This document shows positions 1 through 10,836 of a stretch of 64,000 bases of DNA, piece by piece. Source of the stretch: Nitrospirota bacterium (GTDB lineage Bacteria; Nitrospirota; UBA9217); the NCBI GenBank assembly GCA_963737155.1, contig CAVTRN010000001.1, forward strand, positions 352,001 through 416,000, read 5' to 3'. The notes under the pieces are model-generated. The model saw only the letters and a list, made by a program, of their open reading frames with translations, searched no databases and was not told where the DNA came from. The translations under genes were made by a program, and so were the position numbers. Each line of letters begins with the position of its first letter. Within the stretch, counting starts at the first letter, position 1.

Positions 1-897
1 GTTCGTGACCTCGGCGGCGATGATGATCTGCTCCTTGGTGACCACGGCCTGGCTGTTGTAGCCCTGAACATATCCGCTTCGGGTTTTCATGATCCTGCTG
101 TCCGGATCAGTCATATTGGCCTTCGCTTCCGACGATGGCGTCGGATCAGGCTCCTGAGGTTTGCGGCCCCGTTTCTTGCTGCCGGTTTCAGCCTCTTGGG
201 CCTGTCGTTCTTCGATCTTTGACTGTTGCTCGGCTGCTGCCTCTGCAGCCTGTTCTTCCAACCGCTTTTTGCACGCGGCAAGGCGGGCTCTGCGGCTGGT
301 TCGGTCGGCAAGTTCATCAGGAAGTTCGTCGCCCCGTTTGTTTTGGCCGTACTGCCGGTCTTCCTCGGTGTCCTTGGCCTCCGCTTCATCGAGCATCCTC
401 TTCACTTCCTGCTCGATATGTTCGTACGTGCGGTTGGCTTCCAGGGCTGCGTTAGCCTTTATCTTGCTCCCGTCAAGGGCCACGATGCCGACTTTGACGA
501 GCCCGGCTTCCTTGCAGAGCTTGAGCATCTGTTTGAACAGCCCCTCCAGTGCCTGGCCGTTGTCCTTCCGAAATCGGCTGATGGTGCAGTGGTCCGGAAC
601 TTGGTTGGCGGCAATTACCTTGAATCCGATGTCCCGTTCGCAAAGCTTCTCGATCTCACGGGATGATCGGATACCGAGGCTGTAGGCATATAACAGCAGG
701 GAGACCATCATTGACGGCTCAAAAGCTGCCTGGCCTTTTCCGTCCTGACGGTATTTTCGGTAGAATGCCGTAAGATCCATTTCTGCCACGACGTCAAGGA
801 CCATCCAAACAAGGTCCTTGGATGGCAGCCACTCCTGCAAGGTGGGCGGCATGAGATATACTTGATCTCGGTTACAGTCTTTGAAATTGTAGGCCAT
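1..897 (-). CDS. IS1182-family DDE transposase (3' part runs off the window start)
   Basis: Hand translation from ATG 897: MAYNFKDCNRDQVYLMPPTLQEWLP...LLLYAYSLGIRSSREIEKLC...PDHCTISRFR...LDGSKIKANA...NMTDPDSRIMKTRSGYVQGYNSQ, the DUF772/IS1182 motifs. Absent from the ORF track because it has no stop inside the window. Confidence 0.9.
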   Translation of the reverse strand, partial: MAYNFKDCNRDQVYLMPPTLQEWLPSKDLVWMVLDVVAEMDLTAFYRKYRQDGKGQAAFEPSMMVSLLLYAYSLGIRSSREIEKLCERDIGFKVIAANQVPDHCTISRFRKDNGQALEGLFKQMLKLCKEAGLVKVGIVALDGSKIKANAALEANRTYEHIEQEVKRMLDEAEAKDTEEDRQYGQNKRGDELPDELADRTSRRARLAACKKRLEEQAAEAAAEQQSKIEERQAQEAETGSKKRGRKPQEPDPTPSSEAKANMTDPDSRIMKTRSGYVQGYNSQAVVTKEQIIIAAEVTN

Positions 898-975
898 CCA
901 GCGTCTCCTTATATGCGTGATGACCAATACTATACTATTCGTATATTAATGTCAAATGATTTATGCAACAGGCTC
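1..975 (-). mobile_element. IS1182-family insertion sequence; outer end near 975
   Basis: Transposase plus GAGCCTGTTGCATAA (minus strand, 975-961) upstream of it, resembling IS1182 terminal IRs. The other IR is outside the window. Confidence 0.75.
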
Positions 976-1275
976 TTGACCCTCTTTATTTTTCACGCCG
1001 TACTTCTTCCTGACTACTTCGATCTTGCCGCAGGCCATCTTTCCTTAGGGACAGGCGGCATTGAGTCGATCTGATCCGGACTTGGCGAAGATCATCCGCG
1101 CTACCTTCTTTACGTGCTCGACGAACGCCGCCTGATCCTTTGCCTCGAGCTTTTTTTCAATTCCTCAACGCTTAAGCTTGAAGGGCCGTAGCACAGCTTG
1201 GCAGCCATGGCCACAACTTCTTCAGGGTCCCGGTAAACGCCGGAGAAGAACAGCGTTCAAAAAAGCTGCTGGCAT
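976..1275 (-). pseudogene. thyX: Decayed thyX (FAD-dependent thymidylate synthase) remnant
   Basis: Frameshifted pieces MPAAFLNAVLLRR / RDPEEVVAMAAKLCYG / KLEAKDQAAFVEH resemble the ThyX N-terminus. VKKVARMIFAKSG...CP*GKMACGKIEVVRKKYG resembles the C-terminus. The central RHRxxSxxxxS motif is missing. Confidence 0.65.
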
Positions 1276-1508
1276 CAAACCCCATCCTCTCAGATTACCC
1301 CTCAGCAACCGAGAAGCGAGAAAGAGGGGTATAAAACAGATGATAAGGGACTATTATTATATCGAGTCCTTGACGCATGAGTCAAGAAAAAATCGGAAAT
1401 TACCAACAATTTTTTTTTATCAACGTATAAATTTCATTGATAAAAATGTCGTATGCTACAAAAATGAGCCCGTAGTATGTGACTAAAGTCATCCTGTTTT
1501 ATACGGAA

Positions 1509-2309
1509 TTATTTAAAACTTTGATCTGCGGAGGGGAATTTGCCGCTTTCGACATCCTGCTTGTATTCGTTTACTGCCGAGAGTGCCAGCTGTTTGAGAT
1601 TAGCGTATTTCTTGACAAATTTAGGCGTAAACCGGTCGAACAAACCTAAAAGATCGTGGATAACGAGAACCTGGCCGTCGCAGTCCGGCCCTGCGCCGAT
1701 CCCTATAGTGGGTATGTGAAGCATTGCCTGAATCTCTTTCGCCAGTGAGGACGGCATAGCCTCGAGCACAACAGAAAATGCCCCCGCATCCTGAACCGCC
1801 CTGGCGTCTGCAAGTATCTTTTCCCGGGCTGCCTCGCCTTTTCCCTGGACTTTGAACCCGCCAAGCATATGGACATACTGGGGTGTCAGGCCTATATGCG
1901 CCATGACCGGAATGCCGGCTTGCACAATCGCACGGATGGCATCGGCCATTTGCGTCCCGCCTTCAAGTTTCACCGCCTCGGCGCCGGCCTCTTTCAAAAA
2001 CCGTCCCGCATTATTCACCGCATTGGCCATGCTCAACTGGTAAGAGAGAAAGGGCATGTCACCGACGACCATGGCGGAAGCAGCGGCACGGGACACCATT
2101 TTTGTATGATAGAGCATTTCCTCCATAGTGACTGGAAGCGTACTCGTCATCCCCTGCACAACCATGCCGAGCGAATCCCCAACCAGAATCATGTCGATTG
2201 CGGCTTGGTCCACGATCTGGGCTGTGGGAAAATCGTATGCCGTGAGCATAGTGATTTTCTTGCCTTCGGCTTTCTTTTTATAAATATCGAGGATGGTTGT
2301 TTTCGGCAT
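1509..2309 (-). CDS. panB: 3-methyl-2-oxobutanoate hydroxymethyltransferase
   Basis: [41 protein letters not shown] motifs. Confidence 0.97.
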   Translation of the reverse strand: MPKTTILDIYKKKAEGKKITMLTAYDFPTAQIVDQAAIDMILVGDSLGMVVQGMTSTLPVTMEEMLYHTKMVSRAAASAMVVGDMPFLSYQLSMANAVNNAGRFLKEAGAEAVKLEGGTQMADAIRAIVQAGIPVMAHIGLTPQYVHMLGGFKVQGKGEAAREKILADARAVQDAGAFSVVLEAMPSSLAKEIQAMLHIPTIGIGAGPDCDGQVLVIHDLLGLFDRFTPKFVKKYANLKQLALSAVNEYKQDVESGKFPSADQSFK

Positions 2310-2408
2310 AAAAACCTCTGGCTTCTTTACGCAGGCTGCAGCCTGCGGGCTGCCCGTTTACCATGCACCGTAATATTCTCTATATCGTTGGAATCCTGAC
2401 CCGGTCTT

Positions 2409-3380
2409 TTACACCTGTGGTCGTGGATACAGCCCAGCGGCTTTCACAATCCCTTCGATGGCGCTCTCCCACTCGATGGCCTGGATATGAACACCCTTAA
2501 CGCCCGGAGTTTCCAATGCCTGGTGAATAAGCTCTATGGCGATTTTGATGCCTTCCTGCTCCTGCAGTTCGCGCATCTTCTTCTTATCCTCGCCGGCTGC
2601 CGCTTTGGCCTTGTTCATACGGTCGATCAGCTCTTTGGGGACCGACACCCCGGCAACCGAGGAATCCATATACTTGAGCATCATGGCGCTTTTCGGCACA
2701 ATGATGCCTGCAAGGATCGAGGTCCGCTCATGGAGGCCCATGTTCCGGATTTTCGCCATCTGCTCGCGGAAGAGAGTCATATCGTAGATGCCCTGTGTCT
2801 GGATGAAATCAGCTCCGGCATTCACTTTTTTAAGAAGATTGATCGGCCGGAAATCAATGGGGTCGGCCATGGGCGTCCAGGACGCTCCTACAAAAAATTT
2901 CGGGGCTACTTCCAGAGGGTCGCCGCCCTCCTGCTTGCCCTCATCACGCATCTTCTTGAGAATGCCGACGAGCTGGCACGTATCGACATCATAGACATTC
3001 TTCGCCCCGGGATGGCCTTTCAGTCTACCGGCCGAGCTGAACTTCTGGTGGTCGCCGGCGAGGCAAAGACAATTCTTGAGCCCGAGCGCAGCAGCGCCGA
3101 GGAGGTCTGCCTGCATGGCGATGCGGTTCCGGTCACGGCAGGTCATCTGGATCACCGGCTCCAGCCCCTGCTGGAACGCGATGGCGCCGGCAGCGATGCT
3201 CGAAATTCGTACAACCGCAGTCTGGCAGTCCGTAATATTCGCCGCGTCGCAAAAACCCTTGAGCATCTGAGCTTTTTTCACCACTTCATGAGGATCGGCG
3301 CTCATGGGAGGCCCAAGCTCAGCAGTGACCGCGGGTTTGCCGCTGGCGATTACTTTTTCAAGATTGCTTCCGCTTTTCAT
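2409..3380 (-). CDS. metF: Methylenetetrahydrofolate reductase
   Basis: AELGPP, NITD, QMTCRDRNRIAMQADLLGA, KVNAGADFIQTQ motifs; adjacent to metV. Confidence 0.92.
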   Translation of the reverse strand: MKSGSNLEKVIASGKPAVTAELGPPMSADPHEVVKKAQMLKGFCDAANITDCQTAVVRISSIAAGAIAFQQGLEPVIQMTCRDRNRIAMQADLLGAAALGLKNCLCLAGDHQKFSSAGRLKGHPGAKNVYDVDTCQLVGILKKMRDEGKQEGGDPLEVAPKFFVGASWTPMADPIDFRPINLLKKVNAGADFIQTQGIYDMTLFREQMAKIRNMGLHERTSILAGIIVPKSAMMLKYMDSSVAGVSVPKELIDRMNKAKAAAGEDKKKMRELQEQEGIKIAIELIHQALETPGVKGVHIQAIEWESAIEGIVKAAGLYPRPQV

Positions 3381-3526
3381 TCTTTCTTCCCTCCAAAAGG
3401 TCTATCCTAAGAGGACTATGGACCGCTTCTTCATTCACGCTAACGCCGGAAGTCGGCGTCTCGAGGCAGACCCGGAATGACGGGCTGGATAGACATATGG
3501 ACATCCTCTGCCGAACAATTTCTTCA

Positions 3527-4228
3527 CTACTTCCCGGACTTGTCCGCTTCCTTCTCTTCGAACTCCCGTATATGCTCCATGGATATGCGGCGCGGTCCGC
3601 CGTCGCGCGACGTGGACCAGTTCCTTGGCGGCTGGATTTCGGTGAGTCTCTCAAGAGTACCGAGCATCTTCATGCGCTCGACGATCAGGTACCAAACGCA
3701 GTCGATCTCGTTGCTGACTTCGCACTTCCCCTTGTTCGTGCCACCGCAGGGACCGTTCATAAGTGTCTTCGAGCAACGCGCAATGGGGCAGAGGCCGCCG
3801 GTAAGATGCAGGATGCAGTTGCCGCAGCCGGCACAGAGTTCTTTGAAGACGCCGGGCGCTTCTACCGCTCCGTAGAACGAGGTATTGATGCCCGGATAGA
3901 CCGGAATCGTTCCGGTTCGGTCGGACAGAAAATTCACCCCGACCCCGCAGGCCGTTGAGAGAATGAGGTCGTACTTCCTGACCTCATCCATGACTGGCTC
4001 GAAGTACTCGGGCTCGCAGTGGCGCATCACGCCGAGGTGGTTCACCTCCATAGCCTTCCCCTCCTGCGATGCCTTGATTCTGATGAGGGAAGCGATGGTC
4101 TCGGCCTCCTTCTCGCCGCCTGCATGGCAGATGGCCACGCAGGTGTTGCACCCGAATACGAGAACCTTTTTAAAGTCCTTGACCATGGTCCAGATTTCGT
4201 CAATCGGTTTCTGTGATCCTACGATCAT
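3527..4228 (-). CDS. metV: MTHFR small Fe-S/Zn subunit (MetV)
   Basis: GCNTCVAIC, CAGCGNC..CPIARCSKTLMNGPCGG..GKCEV..CVW Cys pattern; directly upstream of metF. Confidence 0.88.
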   Translation of the reverse strand: MIVGSQKPIDEIWTMVKDFKKVLVFGCNTCVAICHAGGEKEAETIASLIRIKASQEGKAMEVNHLGVMRHCEPEYFEPVMDEVRKYDLILSTACGVGVNFLSDRTGTIPVYPGINTSFYGAVEAPGVFKELCAGCGNCILHLTGGLCPIARCSKTLMNGPCGGTNKGKCEVSNEIDCVWYLIVERMKMLGTLERLTEIQPPRNWSTSRDGGPRRISMEHIREFEEKEADKSGK

Positions 4229-4288
4229 AATTCATTACTCCTTCTATAGCGAACTCAAAAATATTATCGCCCTGAAACCGTCCCCGTC

Positions 4289-6382
4289 TTACTTCGTCCT
4301 TAACCCGATTTTCTTCACACGTTCGGAAAAATCTGCGCAAACCGCTGCATAGGAATTCCCGCCATTGTTAGATGCGGAAAGGATCTCGAGACGGCCCGGT
4401 TCGATCGACAGCATGCCGAGCAGTCCCTGAACTCTTTTCACCCTGGCATTCACACGCGGAGCAATGTCCCGATACTTGCATGTTCCGTCATTACAGCGCA
4501 CAATTACCACGCCATCGGCACCGGCTTCAAAGGCTTTCAGCATATCCAGAATATCAATTCTGCTGGTGCAATGCACCGGCACAATCTTCATGTTCGTCGG
4601 CAAATCGAAGCCGAGGATACCGGCGTGATTTGTGCACAGGAGCGCGACAATAACCGGCTCCCGGCGGCTCTCGTCAACCTTTCCGATGCTTGCCGAAAGC
4701 GAGTTCCTGATCTCGCGAACATCATAGCTCACCATGCTGATCGCTTGGGCAGGGCATTCCGGAGCGCAGAGACCGCAGGCCTGGCAGTACTCGGGACGGA
4801 TTTCGGAGTAGGCCTGCACCACCGGCGCGCCGTAGGGGCAAACACGCATACAAGTAAGACAAGCCATACATTTGTTCTTGTCCACGACTGCTCCGCCGCC
4901 GCAGCCGCGGCACCGGCCGGCTTCCTCGAGGGCCTCTTGCTCGGTAAAGCCCTCTTCAAAATGGTCCATGGTTTTAACGCGGACTTCGGGAGCGAGATGT
5001 TTGATCTTGAGCCGTGGCAGCTTGTCGATCTTTTCAACGACGTCGGCCGGCATTGGGGCGATCTTTTCCTTTTCCTGCGTCGGAAGCTTGCCCTCAATTG
5101 ACTCTCCCTGAAGATGGAGATGAATGGCAAGGGCCGAGCGGTGGCCGTTCGCGACAGCTGCAATGGCCGATCCCGGACCGGTAACGACTTCGCCAGCTAC
5201 GAACACGTTCCTGGCGCTGCTCATCTGGGTCGCGGGATTCCACTCAATGCGGCCCCGTTCGTCGACCTTCACGGCGCTGTTTTTCAAGAACGAGAGGTTC
5301 GACATCTGGCCGATCGTGATGATGATTGTATCAGCTTCGAGCAGCATCGTAATATTCGTATCAAAGGTCGGTGCGAACCGCTTGTTCGCATCAAAGACCG
5401 ACACGACCTTCGTGACTTCAAGGCCCTTTACCCGGTCGCCTTCGCGAATAACCGCCTTGGGCCCCCAGCGATAATTGATCTTGATAGCCTCTTCAACAGC
5501 CTCGTCAACTTCCCATTTCCAGGCCGGAATCTCCTGCTCGTTTTCGAGGCAGACCATCTCGACGTTCTGCACGCCGAGCCTGCGGGCCGATCGGGCAACG
5601 TCCATGGCAACGTTTCCGCCGCCAATGACAAGCACTCTCCCACCCAGGGTCGGCTTGCGGTTGAACGCTACGTCTTCGAGGAAAGGAATCGCGAGCAGCA
5701 CTCCGGGTCCCTGCTCTCCGGGAATATTCAAGGCCCGGCTCTGGGACAGACCGATGGCGATCAGCACGGCATCATGTTTTTTCGTAAGGTCGTCAAGCTT
5801 TGCATCCCTGCCGACCTCGAAGTTTGTTTTTACTTCGACGCCTTTTGAAACAACATCGTTGATGTCTTCATTCAAAACTTCCCTCGGAAGCCGGTAGGGC
5901 GGGATCGCGGAAGCGAGCATGCCGCCGAGCATGGGATGACGCTCATAGATCGTGACGCTGTAGCCGAAATCGGCGAGGTCCCGGGCCGCGGTCAGGCCCG
6001 AAGGCCCTGAACCGATGATTCCGATACTTTTGCCCTTCGTTTTCGCGATGAGTCTGCGCTTGGCGCGGCGATAGTCCCTAGATTTCTCTATGGCGAACCG
6101 CTTCAGATGGCGGACCGCCAGGGGCTCGTCGATGCCGCAACGCCTGCAGGACTGCTCGCAGGGATGGTGGCAGATCATGGAGCAGACCGAAGCAATGGGG
6201 TTTACTGACGTGATGACTTCGAACGCTTCAGTATATTTGCCCTTGGCGATCAGTGCCACATAAGCCTGCACATCCGTATGCGCCGGACATGCGGCCCGGC
6301 ACGGCGAATAAGGCCTTGTTTCCTTGATATCGGCGCCATAAGGACGATAGGGTTCAAGAGTGCATATAGTTTCCAATGCCAT
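4289..6382 (-). CDS. Fe-S flavoprotein: GltD/NfnA-like FAD/NAD(P)H oxidoreductase + 2x[4Fe-4S] ferredoxin + C-terminal MvhD/FlpD domain
   Basis: PCRAACP, CSMICHHPCEQSC, IIGSGPSGL, IGGGNVAMD; CMACLTCMRVCP and CQACGLCAPECP; HCTSRID..GADGVVIVRCNDGTCKY. Start placed at ATG 6382 (AGGAG RBS). Confidence 0.85.
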   Translation of the reverse strand: MALETICTLEPYRPYGADIKETRPYSPCRAACPAHTDVQAYVALIAKGKYTEAFEVITSVNPIASVCSMICHHPCEQSCRRCGIDEPLAVRHLKRFAIEKSRDYRRAKRRLIAKTKGKSIGIIGSGPSGLTAARDLADFGYSVTIYERHPMLGGMLASAIPPYRLPREVLNEDINDVVSKGVEVKTNFEVGRDAKLDDLTKKHDAVLIAIGLSQSRALNIPGEQGPGVLLAIPFLEDVAFNRKPTLGGRVLVIGGGNVAMDVARSARRLGVQNVEMVCLENEQEIPAWKWEVDEAVEEAIKINYRWGPKAVIREGDRVKGLEVTKVVSVFDANKRFAPTFDTNITMLLEADTIIITIGQMSNLSFLKNSAVKVDERGRIEWNPATQMSSARNVFVAGEVVTGPGSAIAAVANGHRSALAIHLHLQGESIEGKLPTQEKEKIAPMPADVVEKIDKLPRLKIKHLAPEVRVKTMDHFEEGFTEQEALEEAGRCRGCGGGAVVDKNKCMACLTCMRVCPYGAPVVQAYSEIRPEYCQACGLCAPECPAQAISMVSYDVREIRNSLSASIGKVDESRREPVIVALLCTNHAGILGFDLPTNMKIVPVHCTSRIDILDMLKAFEAGADGVVIVRCNDGTCKYRDIAPRVNARVKRVQGLLGMLSIEPGRLEILSASNNGGNSYAAVCADFSERVKKIGLRTK

Positions 6383-6522
6383 AACATACTCCTGCTTTAA
6401 AAGGACGGGATTTCTCTCGCGCGTAGACGTCAGGAACGTAAAACGGATAAACCGGCGGGCTTGCATCGGTTTTCACCGGCCCTTCTCTGCATTCCATGCG
6501 CCCGTGCGGGAGAATACTCTTT

Positions 6523-7086
6523 TTATTCTTTTTTCGTTAAAAGTTCCAGCATCTCCATGCGCGTCGATTCCTTGGTGCGGAAGCTGCCGCGCACAGCGGA
6601 AGTGACCACCCGAGAGCCGGGCTTTTTAACGCCGCGCATGCTCATGCAAAGGTGCTCGGCGTCGATTACCACCATGGCGCCTTTCGGCTTGAGGTGTTCA
6701 ACAATCAGGTCGATGAACTGGGTCGTTAGTCGTTCCTGTACCTGCGGTCTCTTGGCAAAAACCTCCAGGGCTTTTGCCAGAGAACTGATGCCGACGATCT
6801 TCCCGGCGCCCGGGATGTAAGCGATATGTGCCCTGCCAAAAAACGGCAGTAGATGGTGTTCGCACACGGAATAAAAAGGGATATCGCGAATCATCACCAT
6901 CTCATCGTGGGTCTCCCCAGCCATGGGTGCGAGAAGCTTTTCCGTATCCATCGAAATCCCGGAGAAAATCTCCCCGTACATCTCGGCCACACGCTGGGGC
7001 GTGCTCATAAGCCCCGGCCTGTCAGGATTTTCACCGATTCCTTCTATGATGAGACGGACGCCTTTTTCGATTTTCTTAATATCCAT
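6523..7086 (-). CDS. folE: GTP cyclohydrolase I
   Basis: [29 protein letters not shown]. Confidence 0.97.
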   Translation of the reverse strand: MDIKKIEKGVRLIIEGIGENPDRPGLMSTPQRVAEMYGEIFSGISMDTEKLLAPMAGETHDEMVMIRDIPFYSVCEHHLLPFFGRAHIAYIPGAGKIVGISSLAKALEVFAKRPQVQERLTTQFIDLIVEHLKPKGAMVVIDAEHLCMSMRGVKKPGSRVVTSAVRGSFRTKESTRMEMLELLTKKE

Positions 7087-7141
7087 CGAGTGTGATAACG
7101 GCAGAGGGTGCGTGGGTCTCTGCTGCTCCCCTGCCCTTGTG

Positions 7142-7699
7142 TTATTTTCCTTGAGCTCTGATGACCCGTTTTTCGGTTATTATTTTTTGCATTGGAACAT
7201 CGTGGCTATCAACGGGTATTTCATCCACGATCTGCGCTTCGAAGGCCAGCGCCACAGTAGCTTTCCCAAAAGCAGGAAGAAGCTTGTCGTAATACCCTGC
7301 GCCGTAGCCAAGCCGGTTGCCCCTCTTGTCGAAAGCAGCTCCGGGTATAATCATGAGATCGATATCTGTCAGCGAGGCGGGCATGATAGACTTTGGCTCC
7401 GGAATTCCCCACGTACCGGACTCCACATCGTTGTCGAAATCGCGTATCTCATAGAGGGCAAGCTCACTACCCTGAACTTTCGGGAGGACCACGCGCTTAC
7501 CCGATTGCAAAACCCGGCGGATCATCGGGCCGGTTTCTACTTCGCTCCGGAATGATGCAAAAAACATGACGACCCGCGCTGACAGGAATTCAGGAAGGGA
7601 AAAAAGCCGCTCTGCGATCTCCCGGCTTTTCGCCGTTCTGTCTATCGGTGAGAGACAGTCGCGAGCCGATAAAACCTGTTTACGAAGGATCTTTTTCAA
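7142..7699 (-). CDS. 5-formyltetrahydrofolate cyclo-ligase
   Basis: [32 protein letters not shown]. Confidence 0.95.
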   Translation of the reverse strand: MKKILRKQVLSARDCLSPIDRTAKSREIAERLFSLPEFLSARVVMFFASFRSEVETGPMIRRVLQSGKRVVLPKVQGSELALYEIRDFDNDVESGTWGIPEPKSIMPASLTDIDLMIIPGAAFDKRGNRLGYGAGYYDKLLPAFGKATVALAFEAQIVDEIPVDSHDVPMQKIITEKRVIRAQGK

Positions 7700-7808
7700 T
7701 AGGGAGCCGCAAATGCCGGATGAAGGCGCTTACAAGACGACATCAGTGAATAGGGAACAAGAATTTTCATGAACGATTTTCCTCCCTGTAGTCCCTATTC
7801 ATCCATGG

Positions 7809-8600
7809 TTAATGCTTCACTGTATTTGCGAGCATTTGATCAAGGTCAGCCTTGATTTTCTTTGCCTCTTCCACGGCGAGAGGCGAGGCATCGTATGGCG
7901 ACCTGCCATCCAGATCGGCCCTAACCGTATCATCGGCATAACTCATGAACCCGAGGACCTTCATGCCTGCAAGGTGTTCCGTTATGAACTCTTTGTCCGA
8001 TTCCTGTTTGATCTTGTTACCGACGACAAAAACATCCTTGATGCCTAACCCTCTGGCCAGGTTTTCAACGTGCCGCGCGGTCTGGAGGCTCCGCTGGCCT
8101 GGCTCGACTACGACAATGAAGGCATTCACGCCGCTCGCCGTGCCTCGCGTCAGATGCTCGATGCCGGCCTCCATGTCGAGGATGACCAGTTCATCGCGCC
8201 GCAGAATCAAATGGCTCACGAGACGTCGCAACAAAACATGTTCGGGGCAATAACAGCCAGCGGCGGCCTCTTTGGATTTTCCCATGATAAGAAGCCGCAC
8301 ACCTTCGTGCTGTACTCCATACGCCTCGGGAATATCATCCACTTTCGGATTGATCGTGAACAGGCCCCCGGGAGCTCCGGGGCGTGAGCCCGTACGCTCC
8401 TCGATCATGTCCGACTGCTCAGCGAGCGGCAGAACCCGCGCCGCAACCTCGGGTGATATGCCGAGCGCCGATGCAAGATTCGCGTCCGGATCGGCATCTA
8501 CAGCAAGAACCTTTTTGCCTTCCGATGCATAAATTCTCGCTAAGAGGCCGGAAAGAGTAGTTTTACCCACCCCGCCCTTGCCCGTAATCGCAATTTTCAA
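7809..8600 (-). CDS. cooC: CooC/AcsF nickel-insertion ATPase for CODH/ACS
   Basis: GKGGVGKTT, DADPDANL, GCYCPE, DMEAGIEHLTRG; probable TTG start at 8600. Confidence 0.93.
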   Translation of the reverse strand: MKIAITGKGGVGKTTLSGLLARIYASEGKKVLAVDADPDANLASALGISPEVAARVLPLAEQSDMIEERTGSRPGAPGGLFTINPKVDDIPEAYGVQHEGVRLLIMGKSKEAAAGCYCPEHVLLRRLVSHLILRRDELVILDMEAGIEHLTRGTASGVNAFIVVVEPGQRSLQTARHVENLARGLGIKDVFVVGNKIKQESDKEFITEHLAGMKVLGFMSYADDTVRADLDGRSPYDASPLAVEEAKKIKADLDQMLANTVKH

Positions 8601-8806
8601 GCAACTCTCCCAAAAAATCTTTATGCAAAATAACATCTCTTAAGCGAGAGTGTCAAGGCTTTTTTGTTTGGAACAGACTGCAGCTGATGTACTTTATCGA
8701 ACGCCGGCAAAAAAATCCGGAATAACCTTGGTCAGGGTCGCCTTATTTTGCAATTTTATGATTTTATTAAAGATATTGGCGAAATGTCCGATAAATAATA
8801 TACCAT

Positions 8807-10435
8807 ATGCTTACGATGTCATCGAAAAAAACAAAATATATCCTGCTCCTTTCGTCCGCCCTGCTGGTATGCATCATTTTTGCTGCACTGATCATACGCA
8901 GGTCTGTCATGAATAGGACAGAAGAAGGGCAACAAGTATCGAAATATTCAAGTATCCCGCTATCCACTCCGGCAGTGAGCATCCCGATATCGACCACCAG
9001 CGAGGCGGCTACGCCTTTTTTCCCCCTTCCGCCGGAAACAGCGGTATTCCCCGATTCCGCTGACAAGGGAAGCGATATTGTGCTGCTAATCGATAGTTCA
9101 AACAGCATGAAAGTTTCCGATCCGGACGGCTACTATAAAGCCGCCGCAAAACTTTTCATATCCCTCCTCGATACGGGCGACCGAGTCGCAGTCGTGAGTT
9201 TCGGTGATGCGGCCACCCTGTTAAGCCCCCTGACGCAAAATACCGAGCAGAATCGTCCGGCCCTCTTTAACGCGGTTGAGAGAATATCGCCGCAAGAACA
9301 GTCTGCTAATATATATGAGGCGCTTCTGAAAGGCTTTGATGAACTCGGTACCTCTTCCCGCAGGAACCGCATACTCATTATGATATCGGACGGAAAGATT
9401 TCTCTGGGTTCAAAAGAAAAAAATGAAGCGGCGCTCGCCGGCCTACAGGCCCTTTTACCCCAACTGGCCAAAGCTCACATCAAACTGAACACAATCGCTT
9501 TCACTGATTCATCAGACCGTGTTTTCCTCGAACAGCTGGCGCTGGTGACCGGCGGAGTCTTTGCGTTTTCGAAATCAGGAAACGACCTACACCTCATTTT
9601 CTCTACAATTTTCGAGAAGATCAAGTCCTCTGATTCCGTTGCCGCCGAGGGTGACGCGTTTTCCATCGACAACGACGTCCGGGATGCCATTGTGCTGGTC
9701 TCCAAGAAGGTCGGAGCCGCTCCCGCCCTTATCAATCCGTCTGGAAACTCAGAGACCGCCAATAGGCATCCTAGTCAAACAGAGTGGTACGTATCCACGG
9801 TTTTCGACATGGTCATGATACGGGACCCCGCTCCCGGTATATGGCACATCGAGCCCAGTCTCGGAGAAGGGAACAAGATCTATGTCCTCACCGACTTGAG
9901 CCTGAAAAGCTCCTTCAACAGATACTTCATCTCCCAGGGGGAGACGGTGATCGTGGATGCGTGGATGGAAAAAACAGGTGGGGTCATCACCGGGCAGGGT
10001 GCGCTCGATGCTTTCAACTTAACAGCCGAGGTAACCGGCCCTAACGGAAAAATAGTCAACTTGCCTCTTCTCTCCGTTCCAAAACCAGAAGAACCTCAGA
10101 CGGCGAGCGGTAGATTTTCCGTTGCCATAACGGCGCGTGACCTAGGCGACTATACGGTAAAAATCTTCGCACAAGGCAAAACGTTCAGGAGAGAAAAGAC
10201 ACTGCTCTTCAAAGCGATTGAGCCGTCGGCAATGGGCCCGGCTACCTCCAAAACGGAACCCGCTCCCAAACATGTACTCCTTCAGACCCAAGCTGCCGCA
10301 CCTGATGAGATATCCTGGGCGTCCGTACTTATCAGATTCGGAATTGTAAATCTTGGTGCAGCCTTATTGACGGCTGCGGCCGTTTTCATAAGGATATTGG
10401 CGCTCAAATTGACAGTAAAAAGGACGAGGCAATGA
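8807..10435 (+). CDS. Membrane-anchored VWA-domain protein
   Basis: N-terminal TM, DIVLLIDSSNS (MIDAS DxSxS), ILIMISDG, C-terminal TM. Confidence 0.8.
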   Translation: MLTMSSKKTKYILLLSSALLVCIIFAALIIRRSVMNRTEEGQQVSKYSSIPLSTPAVSIPISTTSEAATPFFPLPPETAVFPDSADKGSDIVLLIDSSNSMKVSDPDGYYKAAAKLFISLLDTGDRVAVVSFGDAATLLSPLTQNTEQNRPALFNAVERISPQEQSANIYEALLKGFDELGTSSRRNRILIMISDGKISLGSKEKNEAALAGLQALLPQLAKAHIKLNTIAFTDSSDRVFLEQLALVTGGVFAFSKSGNDLHLIFSTIFEKIKSSDSVAAEGDAFSIDNDVRDAIVLVSKKVGAAPALINPSGNSETANRHPSQTEWYVSTVFDMVMIRDPAPGIWHIEPSLGEGNKIYVLTDLSLKSSFNRYFISQGETVIVDAWMEKTGGVITGQGALDAFNLTAEVTGPNGKIVNLPLLSVPKPEEPQTASGRFSVAITARDLGDYTVKIFAQGKTFRREKTLLFKAIEPSAMGPATSKTEPAPKHVLLQTQAAAPDEISWASVLIRFGIVNLGAALLTAAAVFIRILALKLTVKRTRQ

Positions 10436-10836
10436 TTAAAATCGACCCGCTTTATCTGCTTCTGCTCATGGAACTTTCCTGCATCCTGACGGGCGGGGTT
10501 TTTTTTCTTCTTTTCCGAATCAGGAAATGTCGGAGTCAGTACCGGGACAGTCTCAAGGCCCTCAGCGTATCTCGGCAGGCCCAGGAAAACCTTCGCAAAC
10601 AGCTTGCCACGCTAAGCAATACAACGCCAGCATCACAGCCAGTAACCGCTGTTCAAGGATCCGGGAAAACGGAAGGCAAACCGGAGAATCTTGATGAGCT
10701 CCTGCCTCAAATTAATGCTCTGCGGGAACAATTGAAGGAGAAGACAGGAGCGTACGAGCAAATGCAGGCAAAGTTCACCGATCTGGAGAAGGAGTATATG
10801 ATTCTTTATCATCAGCAGCAGAAGAAACCTGTTTGA
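10432..10836 (+). CDS. Hypothetical membrane-anchored coiled-coil protein
   Basis: ATGA overlap with the VWA gene, GAGG RBS, N-terminal hydrophobic segment, heptad-rich C-terminus. Confidence 0.7.
   Translation: MIKIDPLYLLLLMELSCILTGGVFFLLFRIRKCRSQYRDSLKALSVSRQAQENLRKQLATLSNTTPASQPVTAVQGSGKTEGKPENLDELLPQINALREQLKEKTGAYEQMQAKFTDLEKEYMILYHQQQKKPV

Noticed and set aside
7700-7808. 6S RNA upstream of the 5-FTHF cyclo-ligase
   Set aside because: The gap is only ~110 nt and lacks the long rod with a central bubble.
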